From Patescibacteria group bacterium (GTDB lineage: Bacteria; Patescibacteriota; Minisyncoccia; Phycocordibacterales; PALSA-1337), in contig JAZKBV010000003.1 in NCBI GenBank assembly GCA_040388415.1, forward strand, positions 1-45,570: a stretch of 45,570 nucleotides of DNA, read 5' to 3'. The notes under the pieces were generated by a model, which saw nothing but the letters and a program-made list of their open reading frames with translations, had not been told where the DNA came from and did no database searches. The position numbers and the translations under genes are program-made. How positions within the stretch are numbered: the first letter of the stretch is position 1; each line of letters opens with the position of its first letter. Shown here piece by piece: positions 29,734 through 38,717 of this stretch.

Positions 29734-29794
29734 TTCAATGGTAGAACACTGCTTTCGTAAAGCAGGGATATGGGTCCGATTCCCGTATTTGGCT
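29724..29794 (+). tRNA. tRNA-Thr(CGU)
   Basis: GCCAAAT/ATTTGGC, CTGCT-TT CGT AA-AGCAG, T-loop TCCGATT. Confidence 0.9.
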
Positions 29795-29805
29795 CACTTA
29801 AATTT

Positions 29806-30693
29806 ATGAAGTCCGACAAAGACCAAATCCAACAAAAAATAACCGACCTCGAGACCGCAATGGCAGGTGCTGATTTCTGGCAGGATAAAAATAAAGCTCA
29901 ATCAGCCATCAAAGAGCTCCAAAATCTCAAAGACAGCCTCGAGGGTATAGGGAAGTATGATAAGGGCAATGCCATCCTCTCTATACTCTCTGGCGCAGGA
30001 GGCGATGATGCTGAAGATTTTTCAGCTATGCTTATGCGCATGTATCGTCGCTATGCTGAAGGTAAAGGATGGAGTTTCGGCATCATCCACTCAAATGAGA
30101 ACGATCACGGTGGCTATAGAAATATCACTATTGAAATAACTGGTAAGAATGTTTATGGCACCCTCAAAAATGAATCGGGTGTCCATCGTCTCGTGCGCAT
30201 CTCTCCCTTTAACTCTGCGCAAAAGCGTCAGACTTCTTTTTCGCTTGTCGAAGTCATCCCTGAATTTGAAAAGACTTCATCTGATGATGTGGTTGTTGAA
30301 GACAAAGATCTTGAAATATCGATCGCTAAGTCAGGCGGTCCAGGAGGTCAGAACGTGAACAAGCGCGAGACGGCCGTACGACTCCTCCATAAACCTACGG
30401 GCATATCTATCCATGTCACCTCTGAGCGTTCGCAGGCGCAGAACAAAGAAAAAGCTCTCGATATCCTCCGTGGCAAGCTCTGGAAACATATGGAAGATGC
30501 ACGCAAAGCAAAAGAGAAGGGTATGCAGATATCTTCGACCACTGCCATCGAGTGGGGTAACCAGATTCGCTCATATGTTTTGCATCCATATAAGATGATC
30601 AAGGATCACAGAACTGATGTCGAGACTTCTTCAGTGGATAAGGTGCTCGAGGGCGATATTGATATGTTTATTGAGGCAGAAAAGGAGCTGTAG
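29806..30693 (+). CDS. prfB: peptide chain release factor 2 (shortened domain 1, no frameshift)
   Basis: [27 protein letters not shown]; upstream of ftsEX; the ORF-track start at 29770 lies inside the tRNA. Confidence 0.93.
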   Translation: MKSDKDQIQQKITDLETAMAGADFWQDKNKAQSAIKELQNLKDSLEGIGKYDKGNAILSILSGAGGDDAEDFSAMLMRMYRRYAEGKGWSFGIIHSNENDHGGYRNITIEITGKNVYGTLKNESGVHRLVRISPFNSAQKRQTSFSLVEVIPEFEKTSSDDVVVEDKDLEISIAKSGGPGGQNVNKRETAVRLLHKPTGISIHVTSERSQAQNKEKALDILRGKLWKHMEDARKAKEKGMQISSTTAIEWGNQIRSYVLHPYKMIKDHRTDVETSSVDKVLEGDIDMFIEAEKEL

Positions 30694-30709
30694 TGATATA
30701 ATTGGAGGC

Positions 30710-31390
30710 ATGATCTACTACGACAAAGTCTCAAAAATATACCCCGACAAGTCCGTTGCTCTCGACAATGTCAGCTTTGGCGTTGAACCAAAGGAGTTCG
30801 TCACTATTGTGGGCCATTCTGGTGCAGGCAAGACCACTCTCATGAAGCTTCTCATCGCTGAGGATTATCCGACCGAAGGCTCAGTATTCCTCGAGTCTAC
30901 CAATGTCCATAATCTGAACAAAAAGCAGATGTCCAAGCTACGCCGACGCATCGGCACAGTCTTCCAAGACTACCGTTTGATACCGAACAAGACCATTTAC
31001 GAAAATATAGCTTTTGCTATGGAAGCATCTGGTCATACAGACCATGAGATCTCCGCTGACGTGCCTCATGTCCTCGAGCTCGTCGATCTTGCTCATAAGA
31101 TCTGGAATTTTCCTCATGAACTCTCAGGTGGCGAACGTCAGCGTGTGGCTATCGCACGTGCAATCGTCACTCAACCTGATATCATCATCGCCGATGAGCC
31201 GACCGGTAACCTCGATCCGACCAATACCTTCGAGATCGTTCGTATTTTGAAAAAGATCAATGAGATGGGTACGACTGTTCTTCTCACCACCCACAACAAA
31301 GGCGTCGTTGATGCTGTCGGTGGACGCGTCATCACTATGGAAAATGGCAAAGTGATTAGAGACGATAAGTCAGGAAAATATATTTTATAA
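30710..31390 (+). CDS. ftsE: cell division ATP-binding protein FtsE
   Basis: GHSGAGKTT, RRRIGTVFQDYRLI, LSGGERQR, ADEPTGNLD. Confidence 0.95.
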   Translation: MIYYDKVSKIYPDKSVALDNVSFGVEPKEFVTIVGHSGAGKTTLMKLLIAEDYPTEGSVFLESTNVHNLNKKQMSKLRRRIGTVFQDYRLIPNKTIYENIAFAMEASGHTDHEISADVPHVLELVDLAHKIWNFPHELSGGERQRVAIARAIVTQPDIIIADEPTGNLDPTNTFEIVRILKKINEMGTTVLLTTHNKGVVDAVGGRVITMENGKVIRDDKSGKYIL

Positions 31391-31394
31391 CATT

Positions 31395-32351
31395 ATGATT
31401 TTCACCACTTTCAAACGCATAACACGCACCGGCTTCGTCAACTTTTGGCGTAATGGTTTTCTTTCATTTGCCGCTATAGTCGTCATCACGCTTTCACTCT
31501 CAGCTTTTGGCGGACTCGTTTTTGCAAGTGCCTTCGGACGTTCGCTCCTGACTGATGTCAAAAATAAAGTCGACATCAATGTGTACTTCACATTAACTGC
31601 GCCAGAAAAAGACATCCTTTCGCTCAAAAAAGAGATCGAGGCATTGCCTGAAGTTTCTGACGTCGAGTATGTCTCTGCAGATCAAGCCTTGAGTTCATTC
31701 AAAGACAAATGGCAGAACAATGCGCTCATCATGCAAGGTCTCACCGAAGTCGGTGGCAATCCATTTCCTGCAGCGCTCAATATCAAAGCAAAAGATCCTG
31801 GCCAGTATGGCAATATCGCCAACTTCCTGACCAGCAAAAATACTGAAGATCAGACCGGCACGCCTATCATTGATAAAGTTAACTATGAAGAGAACAAACT
31901 TATCATCGATCGTTTGAGCGCTATCATTCCAACCGTTGAGCAGGTGGGTGCTACGATCGCTCTTATATTGATACTCGTGGCTATCATCATCGTTTGGAAT
32001 ACTATTCGTCTCATCATCTATACCGCTCGCGATGAGATCTCAGTCATGAAGCTCGTTGGAGCAAGTAATATCTACGTTCGTGGACCATTCGTCATCTCAG
32101 GCATCATGTATGGCGTTGTCTCGGCGGTACTCACTCTCATTCTCATGGCTGGTTTTGCGTACTGGAGCGACTCGATCGTTCTACGGTTGGCCGGTGTCGA
32201 CGTCGCTGCGAACTTTTCTCTTATTGTGAATGTTCTCTCGGCTTATTTTGTCCATAACTTCCCGCAGATTTTTGTTCTCATCATGGGTGCAGGTATTCTC
32301 CTCGGTGGGGTATCGAGCTATATTGCAGCAAGGAAGTATTTGAGAGTATAA
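31395..32351 (+). CDS. ftsX: cell division permease FtsX
   Basis: NFWRN, NPFPA, NTIRLIIY.ARDEI.VMKLVGA..YVRGPF. Confidence 0.93.
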   Translation: MIFTTFKRITRTGFVNFWRNGFLSFAAIVVITLSLSAFGGLVFASAFGRSLLTDVKNKVDINVYFTLTAPEKDILSLKKEIEALPEVSDVEYVSADQALSSFKDKWQNNALIMQGLTEVGGNPFPAALNIKAKDPGQYGNIANFLTSKNTEDQTGTPIIDKVNYEENKLIIDRLSAIIPTVEQVGATIALILILVAIIIVWNTIRLIIYTARDEISVMKLVGASNIYVRGPFVISGIMYGVVSAVLTLILMAGFAYWSDSIVLRLAGVDVAANFSLIVNVLSAYFVHNFPQIFVLIMGAGILLGGVSSYIAARKYLRV

Positions 32352-32358
32352 TAGCTCC

Positions 32359-34032
32359 ATGAAAAAACCTCCCCACAAATACATCTTCGTCATCGGCGGT
32401 GTGATGTCGGGAGTCGGCAAGGGCATCGCCACCTCATCGATCGGCACGGTCCTCTCTGCCAAAGGCCTCCGCATCAATCTCGTCAAAGTCGACCCTTACC
32501 TCAACGTCGACGCAGGCACCATGAACCCCACCGAGCACGGTGAGGTTTTTGTTTTGAACAATGGCCTCGAGACGGATCAGGACATGGGCAATTATGAGCG
32601 CTTCTTGAACCGCGACGCCAGCGACTATGACTACATGACTTCAGGCATGATCTACAAGGATGTTATCGAAAAAGAGCGCGCGCTCAAGTACGGCGGCAAA
32701 TGTGTCGAAGCTATACCGCATATCCGCGATGAGATAGTTCACCGTTTCGAACATGCAGCACTGCTCAATAAGTCCGATATCTCTATCGTGGAGATTGGTG
32801 GCACCATTGGCGACTATCAGAACGTCATGTTCATTGAAGCGGCGCGCATGCTCAAGATGAAGCGTCCCGCTGACGTGGTGTTCATCATGGTTTCATATCT
32901 GCCGACGCCAGGGAAGCTGGGTGAGATGAAGTCGCGTCCGACACAAAACGCTGCGCGACAGCTGGCATCCTATGGAGTGAATGCCGACTTCATCATCGCG
33001 CGCGCGGAGACCCCTCTCGATATCCGTCGCAAAGAAAAGATCGCTATTTCCTGTAACATACCGACCGAGCATGTCATCTCAGCGCCGGACATAGAGAGCA
33101 TATATGATGTGCCAGTTAACTTTGAAAAAGATCGCCTGGCGGAGATACTGATGACCTCACTCAGTTTGCCTGCGCGAAAGATCGGTCCAGCATTTACTGA
33201 ATGGAAGAAGTTCGCCAAAGGTATCAAGAACTTTACTGACCACCCCCTCAATATCGCTATTGTAGGCAAGTATTTTAATACAGGTGACTTTGTGCTGACC
33301 GATGCCTATATCTCTGTCCTGGAGGCCATAAAGTTCTCAGGATATGCCGCCAAGGTAAAGCCGGTTATCCATACGGTCAATTCACGTGATTTTGAGGGCA
33401 AAAAGCCAGACTACTCAGTGCTTGATCAGTTCGATGGCATCATTGTACCTGGTGGCTTTGGTGAGAGTGGTATCGAAGGTAAGTTGAATGTCATTAGATA
33501 CTGCCGTGAAAATAAGATTCCTTATTTTGGCCTTTGCTACGGTATGCAACTTATGACGATAGAGTATGCTCGCAATGTTCTTGGGTTAGTTGGTGCACAT
33601 ACTGCTGAGATTGATCCAAAAGCAAAACATCTCATCATCGACATCATGCCTGATCAAAAGAAAAAGATCGCTGAGGGTGACTATGGTGGCTCGATGCGTC
33701 TCGGCAAGTATCCGGCAAAGTTGGTGAAGGGAAGCATCGCTGAGGGTGCATATGAGAGCGCCGGTTGGATCAAACACGGTTCGATCGAAGAACGCCACCG
33801 CCACCGCTATGAGGTAAATCCAGAATATATACAGCAGATAGAAGATGCTGGTCTCGTATTCTCAGGCAAGTCGCCAAACGGCACGCTCATGGAGATCGCC
33901 GAGCTCCCTCGTTCAGTTCATCCGTTTTTCCTCGGCACACAGTTCCATCCCGAGTTTTTAGCACGACCATTGGCGCCGCACCCGCTCTTTACTGAGTTCA
34001 TGAAAGCGGCCAAGAAGAGAAAGGGTAAATAA
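32359..34032 (+). CDS. pyrG: CTP synthase
   Basis: GGVMSGVGKG, DPYLNVDAGTMNP, GLCYGMQ, ERHRHRYE, QFHPE. Confidence 0.97.
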   Translation: MKKPPHKYIFVIGGVMSGVGKGIATSSIGTVLSAKGLRINLVKVDPYLNVDAGTMNPTEHGEVFVLNNGLETDQDMGNYERFLNRDASDYDYMTSGMIYKDVIEKERALKYGGKCVEAIPHIRDEIVHRFEHAALLNKSDISIVEIGGTIGDYQNVMFIEAARMLKMKRPADVVFIMVSYLPTPGKLGEMKSRPTQNAARQLASYGVNADFIIARAETPLDIRRKEKIAISCNIPTEHVISAPDIESIYDVPVNFEKDRLAEILMTSLSLPARKIGPAFTEWKKFAKGIKNFTDHPLNIAIVGKYFNTGDFVLTDAYISVLEAIKFSGYAAKVKPVIHTVNSRDFEGKKPDYSVLDQFDGIIVPGGFGESGIEGKLNVIRYCRENKIPYFGLCYGMQLMTIEYARNVLGLVGAHTAEIDPKAKHLIIDIMPDQKKKIAEGDYGGSMRLGKYPAKLVKGSIAEGAYESAGWIKHGSIEERHRHRYEVNPEYIQQIEDAGLVFSGKSPNGTLMEIAELPRSVHPFFLGTQFHPEFLARPLAPHPLFTEFMKAAKKRKGK

Positions 34033-34061
34033 AAAACCGGCTCCATTGCTGAAGCGCGGTT
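34031..34061 (-). terminator. intrinsic terminator with a GCAA tetraloop
   Basis: Minus strand AACCGCGCTTCA-GCAA-TGGAGCCGGTTTTTT. Confidence 0.65.
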
Positions 34062-34075
34062 GTGAGTAAAAGGAA

Positions 34076-34684
34076 TTATGCTTTGACCTTCATTTCCTCC
34101 CAAACGTAGGTTGTAGTTTTGTTGAATTCTTCGAACACATATTCTGGGTGATACAGTTCGAGAGGCATGCAATAGCTGTATTTCCGTCGATTCAGCTCAA
34201 GCAGAAGAGGGGGATATGCAGGAGATGTGAAAGGCTCAAACGTTTCTCGGCAGAAACCTGAAAGATCACCCGCTGACACTTCTTTGAGCCTGAGTTCTGT
34301 CTGGCTCAGTTTCTCGAGCCCCCGGAGCGCGGCGTTGAGCGCTGTTTCGGTATGCACCATTGTCTCTCCCAATGAACCATCGAGCCCATGTCTGAATTGA
34401 TACTGGTTGTGCCTGAAGACTTGCGACTTTTCGCGTAACTGGAATGTTTTTCCTTCCCGCTGGCATGTCACATAGAGGACTGACACGTCTTTGCGGAGCA
34501 TTTCAGGTTCGCTTTCGTCCCAGGTGATCCGATTTTTCCCTAGGGCGTCGAGCAGCGTGGGGAATGTTTCGCTGGCGCCATCCTTACCCCACTTTTCGTA
34601 AGGTATGCCTATGTCGTCGAGCGCTTGCTTAACTTTGGCCTCGAGCGTAGGTGCGTTGCCGTTCTGTTGAGTCAGTGATTTCAT
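34076..34684 (-). CDS. hypothetical protein, degenerate Nudix-like paralog of the next gene
   Basis: Motif order matches 34803-35483; GGAGG SD before the ATG at 34684. Confidence 0.75.
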   Translation of the reverse strand: MKSLTQQNGNAPTLEAKVKQALDDIGIPYEKWGKDGASETFPTLLDALGKNRITWDESEPEMLRKDVSVLYVTCQREGKTFQLREKSQVFRHNQYQFRHGLDGSLGETMVHTETALNAALRGLEKLSQTELRLKEVSAGDLSGFCRETFEPFTSPAYPPLLLELNRRKYSYCMPLELYHPEYVFEEFNKTTTYVWEEMKVKA

Positions 34685-34771
34685 GTTTTCCTCCAATATT
34701 GGTTTTTGTTTTACTGCGAAGTCCGCTTGTTTTTATACCCCTTTTAAGGTTATTTCGCAAGGTACATATAT

Positions 34772-34800
34772 AAAAATACCCCGCATTGCTGCAGGGCATT
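34772..34800 (-). terminator. intrinsic terminator with a GCAA tetraloop
   Basis: Minus strand AATGCCCTGCA-GCAA-TGCGGGGTATTTTT. Confidence 0.7.
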
Positions 34801-34802
34801 GG

Positions 34803-35483
34803 CTAGGCGGCGATGCTGAAGCCTACAGGATTAGGCGCAGGAGGAATCTCATCCTCTGGACACTCTTGATTTGTCATCAATTTCCATTTGAAGGTAAAGA
34901 CGCGTCCAGATTTTTCATCAACATGAACGTATCTTTTATGGAATAATTTTGGGTGAATGAGGCACCGGAAATGGTAACGAACGAAGTGCTCTGGCAACCC
35001 AGGATAATAGTCGCTTGAAACGACGATTTCACGATGTCTCCGAACAAGGTTAAAATGACCGCGGCTTTTGAAGAGTGGTTCAGTCTGGCCAAGTTCTTCG
35101 CCGATCTCCCGTCGAATCGCCGTAAATAAGCCGTGATTATCAAGTGACTCAGTGCGAAGTGGCTTTCCTGCGACACTGCCATTGAATTGCGTGCGTTTTT
35201 TCCGTTGTCTCGTTTTTGGCGAAAAGACGCTATGTTCGTAGAGTTTGTGCCACGTGTCAGTGTTTTCACTGTAAACTTGAATGTGGGCAACAACTACATT
35301 CACACGAAGGATCAACTTCTTTGACCCTCTGTTGTCATGCTCCTCAAGTTGGATCGCATCATTCTCCAAGCTTTCCATCAACTGTTCGATCGTTTTGTAT
35401 TTCCCGCCATCCCAGAGATGGGTAGGGGTGTTGTGACGTTTCAAGGCCTTACATGCCTCGGTAGGGTCGGTAATAATTTTCAT
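34803..35483 (-). CDS. Nudix-like hypothetical protein
   Basis: G-x5-E...AIRREIGEELG resembles a Nudix box; AAGGAG SD. Confidence 0.75.
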   Translation of the reverse strand: MKIITDPTEACKALKRHNTPTHLWDGGKYKTIEQLMESLENDAIQLEEHDNRGSKKLILRVNVVVAHIQVYSENTDTWHKLYEHSVFSPKTRQRKKRTQFNGSVAGKPLRTESLDNHGLFTAIRREIGEELGQTEPLFKSRGHFNLVRRHREIVVSSDYYPGLPEHFVRYHFRCLIHPKLFHKRYVHVDEKSGRVFTFKWKLMTNQECPEDEIPPAPNPVGFSIAA

Positions 35484-35545
35484 TGTGCTCGGGTCTCCTT
35501 TATTTGATTTATACTGTTTTTTAGGTTATTCTGCAAGGACCATTT

Positions 35546-35619
35546 TGCCAGATCGTCTAATGGTAGGACCGCAGCCTCTGGAGCTGTGTATCTTGGTTCG
35601 AATCCAAGTCTGGCAGCCA
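35546..35619 (+). tRNA. tRNA-Gln(CUG)
   Basis: TGCCAGA/TCTGGCA (U1-A72), GCAGC-CT CTG GA-GCTGT, encoded CCA. Confidence 0.95.
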
Positions 35620-35693
35620 ACCTGGTAGAAATACCAAATCGAAGTTCATTCTCCCGAAGGATATGGAGGAGTAGCGTGTGCTATTATTATCAG

Positions 35694-36347
35694 ATGCAAA
35701 ATATAAAGAATAAGACCAATCAACAGTGGTATCTCGAATGGTTTGGCGTGGCCCTGTTTTTTGCCGTCTCGCTTGCTGTGTATTATCTCGTAAAGACGTA
35801 TCTTGTGGGCGCGCCTCAGATAATAGGAGCGACGCTATGTGTGATATCCGCTTTCCTCTCAGGTCTGATCTTTATCGTCAGGACTTTAGGCATCATAATG
35901 CTGATCGCTTCTCCAGAAAAAGTAGCCTATGATATCAGATTTGATGAAAAGAACATTCAGATATTCGCCAAAGGCGGCGGCGTAAAGGTGTATCCATGGT
36001 ATATGGTTGACAGGATCATCTTGGGCGAGGATTTCGACGGAATCTACATCGATGCTACAGATGGGAAAGAATCGTATGACTTGCCGATGCCGTACAGGAC
36101 CATTGAGAATAAATTGGACGAAGCTATCGCCAAAGGATGCCTTTCATTTAAAAAGGAAAAGCAATGGATAGATAGTAATCAGGAAGGGCTCGACAAACAC
36201 AAAGACGCGACTGGCGTTAAGAGAAATTATTTTACGAGGAGGTCCTTAAATTACGCTCGATGGGTAAATAATATTGTTGAATCAGGAAATGGTATAGAAA
36301 CAGTATCTTATTCAAAGATCGATACCGCTGTTGATCAGTTTAAATAA
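35694..36347 (+). CDS. hypothetical 2-TM membrane protein
   Basis: Two TM helices then a soluble domain; TATTAT-N6-ATG start; the ORF-track start lies inside the tRNA. Confidence 0.7.
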   Translation: MQNIKNKTNQQWYLEWFGVALFFAVSLAVYYLVKTYLVGAPQIIGATLCVISAFLSGLIFIVRTLGIIMLIASPEKVAYDIRFDEKNIQIFAKGGGVKVYPWYMVDRIILGEDFDGIYIDATDGKESYDLPMPYRTIENKLDEAIAKGCLSFKKEKQWIDSNQEGLDKHKDATGVKRNYFTRRSLNYARWVNNIVESGNGIETVSYSKIDTAVDQFK

Positions 36348-36546
36348 TCCAAATGTGTTCAATTCCTGTCGAACCCCCCCCGAACTCATTTTTGAAATGG
36401 GTGTATATGAGTACGGCAGCACGCTCCGCTTTTCACATCGAGGTTCGAATGTCGTCTAAGTCCCCCCCAGCATTTATAAAAAAGTTTCTGAAGACCCAGA
36501 CGCGTCAAATTATCGGTATTTTTTGACATAAGTTATAATATTGATT

Positions 36547-37044
36547 ATGAAAGTTACTTCTGCTGTTGGTTGCCTCAAACTCATCTCTACAGACAGAAAT
36601 GTAGTTATTGGTGCGACTAATGGCACCGAAACACTCGCCTCCGCTAGCGACGTGTTCGGCTATATCAGCCCCGACTTCAAAAATTGGGGATGTGACAAAG
36701 CTGAGCAAGCGACTCCCGAAGTGTCCGTTAAGATATATGAGCAAACAAAAGATGCTGAGTATCCTATGATCTTTGGTAGTATCGACCAGAACTTTGATCG
36801 TTTGGTATTAACAACCCCGCAAATTAAGAGCTTTATTCTTAATAATGCAAAGGATTATCTGCTCGAAGCAGAATGGACATGTTTCCGCTTTCTCTTCAAG
36901 ACAAGTGACGAATTCTTCGTTGCAGATGTGCGGGTTCTCTCCGACGGCAACCGCGACATCCGCGTCACTCGCTTCTTGGACGGCTCTGTCCGGCATGCCA
37001 AGTACCACCATCGCATCGTGGTTCCGCAACTGGCTGCGAATTAG
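36547..37044 (+). CDS. hypothetical protein with a DGR-target-like C-terminus
   Basis: 165-aa ORF, TATAAT-N7-ATG start; ends FFVADVRV.SDG...HRIVVPQL. Confidence 0.7.
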   Translation: MKVTSAVGCLKLISTDRNVVIGATNGTETLASASDVFGYISPDFKNWGCDKAEQATPEVSVKIYEQTKDAEYPMIFGSIDQNFDRLVLTTPQIKSFILNNAKDYLLEAEWTCFRFLFKTSDEFFVADVRVLSDGNRDIRVTRFLDGSVRHAKYHHRIVVPQLAAN

Positions 37045-37409
37045 TTCTCTTGATCCATAGACCAAGACGGGTGAGTTTAGGTTAGAAATTTCTGCTAGAA
37101 TCGCCTTACAAAGTCTCGCCTAACATAGTTCTATACCGGAGCATCCCAGCATTCTTGTTTACTATCAAACGGCAGAGATGACATGTTTGACATTTTACTT
37201 TTTTCGTGTAAAATTACCCGCCGTGCTTGTTCTTTGTAATACAAACATACTCACTCGTGGTGAGGCTTCGTTTTGATTCGAGGTTTTCTATGTGGCACGT
37301 CCATACAATTTAAAGACCAGTGTATGGTCTTTTAGGTTGGTAACCTACTAATAACAACCCGTCGACTTACGTTATAGTCCAGCGCACTTCTGTTATGTGC
37401 ACCGACCAC

Positions 37410-37868
37410 ATGAAAACGAAAATCATCACCTCAATCAAAAAAACCATCACCACTGCGTTCGTGGCGCTTGCCATCGGGCTCGCCATGTTGGCTGTTCCGC
37501 CGAAAGCATCGGCAGGCGAATTGACCAATGCCGTCTACGGTGGGCCAACTACAACGCTTACTGGGCCGGATTATTACGATTACGCAAAGATGACGAATCC
37601 GCCGTCGGGCAACTTTTGGTTGCCGCTCCTCAATACCAATGCCACGTCGTGCACGTTCACCAACTACAGTGTTCCGGTTGGCCATGCAAATTGGAGAATC
37701 ACCTCAAACAGGTTCGGCAGCACAAATTTTTTCATCGGAACCAACTCGTTGACGTTTCCTCTCACCAATGGCCCGGCGGCAAAATATCAGATTCTTTGCC
37801 AGGATTTGACCCCGCCGAGCCTTCCGAGCGGCACCAAGGTCTTCTTCAAGGGCACCTGGAGTAATTGA
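37410..37868 (+). CDS. secreted hypothetical protein
   Basis: Basic N-region, hydrophobic core, ASA cleavage site; Thr/Asn-rich mature part. Confidence 0.7.
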   Translation: MKTKIITSIKKTITTAFVALAIGLAMLAVPPKASAGELTNAVYGGPTTTLTGPDYYDYAKMTNPPSGNFWLPLLNTNATSCTFTNYSVPVGHANWRITSNRFGSTNFFIGTNSLTFPLTNGPAAKYQILCQDLTPPSLPSGTKVFFKGTWSN

Positions 37869-37922
37869 ATCATTTCGAACAGGAGGTCGCTCTTAGTTTC
37901 TAGGGGCGGCCTCTCAACTGAT

Positions 37923-38294
37923 ATGAAATCGATTCTGTTGCTCGTGCTTGCGATAAATGGTGTAGGTATTGTGAGGTCAGAAGAGATTGATCTTGTCGGC
38001 ACCATCAATTTGTTTGGTGAGCGACAGGCAATCTTTTCCACCACCAATGGGCAATTCACTATCGGATTAGGCTATACCGTAAACCACGTGACTTTGGTGA
38101 AGGTAGATTCGACCGAAGTCGTCATCGACGACCAGGGTGTTATCAAAAAGTTGCGGATCAGTAGTTTGCCCGCAACTCAACCTGTAGTTGCACCCCCTGT
38201 TCCTGCATCTGCCCCAGTTGTCTTTTCTGTGGAAGGCACCCCCACGGAATTCGAATGGCAGATATTGATGGCTGACGGACCGCCGACCGAGTAA
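37923..38294 (+). CDS. secreted hypothetical protein
   Basis: Signal peptide, small beta-rich domain, Pro-rich linker. Confidence 0.6.
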   Translation: MKSILLLVLAINGVGIVRSEEIDLVGTINLFGERQAIFSTTNGQFTIGLGYTVNHVTLVKVDSTEVVIDDQGVIKKLRISSLPATQPVVAPPVPASAPVVFSVEGTPTEFEWQILMADGPPTE

Positions 38295-38319
38295 GTTTGT
38301 TTTGAAAAACTTCAATCGC

Positions 38320-38354
38320 ACTGCCTGACCATCAAGTATGGTCAGGCAGTTTTT
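38320..38354 (+). terminator. intrinsic terminator
   Basis: ACTGCCTGACCAT/ATGGTCAGGCAGT followed by a T-tract. Confidence 0.85.
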
Positions 38355-38444
38355 ATGTATCGTATAGCTTAATTTAACCAGACCGAGACGTCCGCGTTAT
38401 CAACTGTGTTTATCGAACAAGCCATACTATAATAGTGTGTACAT

Positions 38445-38714
38445 ATGTCATATTGTAAAAAAGCGTTTGCACTCATGTGTCTAGTCACGCTCATTACAAT
38501 GGGAACTTCTAGCGCTTTCGCAGCAACACCTAAGCACGTACAACCATTACGCCCTGTGCGTATCTCACACACTCAAGGACTTTCTGGTAAAGATATGTTG
38601 GCCCTATACCGTAATAGTCACAGGAGCACGCGCAATACTATTTCAACCAGCGATCAGCGCACTCGATTGTTTGCACCGATGTTCACACAGAAGTCGCATG
38701 TAGTGCATCACTAA
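38445..38714 (+). CDS. small basic secreted protein
   Basis: Signal peptide ending AFA; stop 3 nt before the next gene. Confidence 0.55.
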   Translation: MSYCKKAFALMCLVTLITMGTSSAFAATPKHVQPLRPVRISHTQGLSGKDMLALYRNSHRSTRNTISTSDQRTRLFAPMFTQKSHVVHH

Positions 38715-38717
38715 ACA

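Noticed and set aside
29770-29805. prfB N-terminal extension or programmed frameshift
   Set aside because: Overlaps tRNA-Thr(CGU); no CTTTGAC site or internal SD
28892-30693. UGA recoding (code 25) as in Gracilibacteria
   Set aside because: RF2 with the SPF motif is present, a gene ends in TGA (28892-28894), and ORFs are intact under code 11
37397-37864. 155-aa overlapping ORF in another frame
   Set aside because: Shadow of the signal-peptide ORF 37410-37868, with atypical His/Arg/Gln-rich composition
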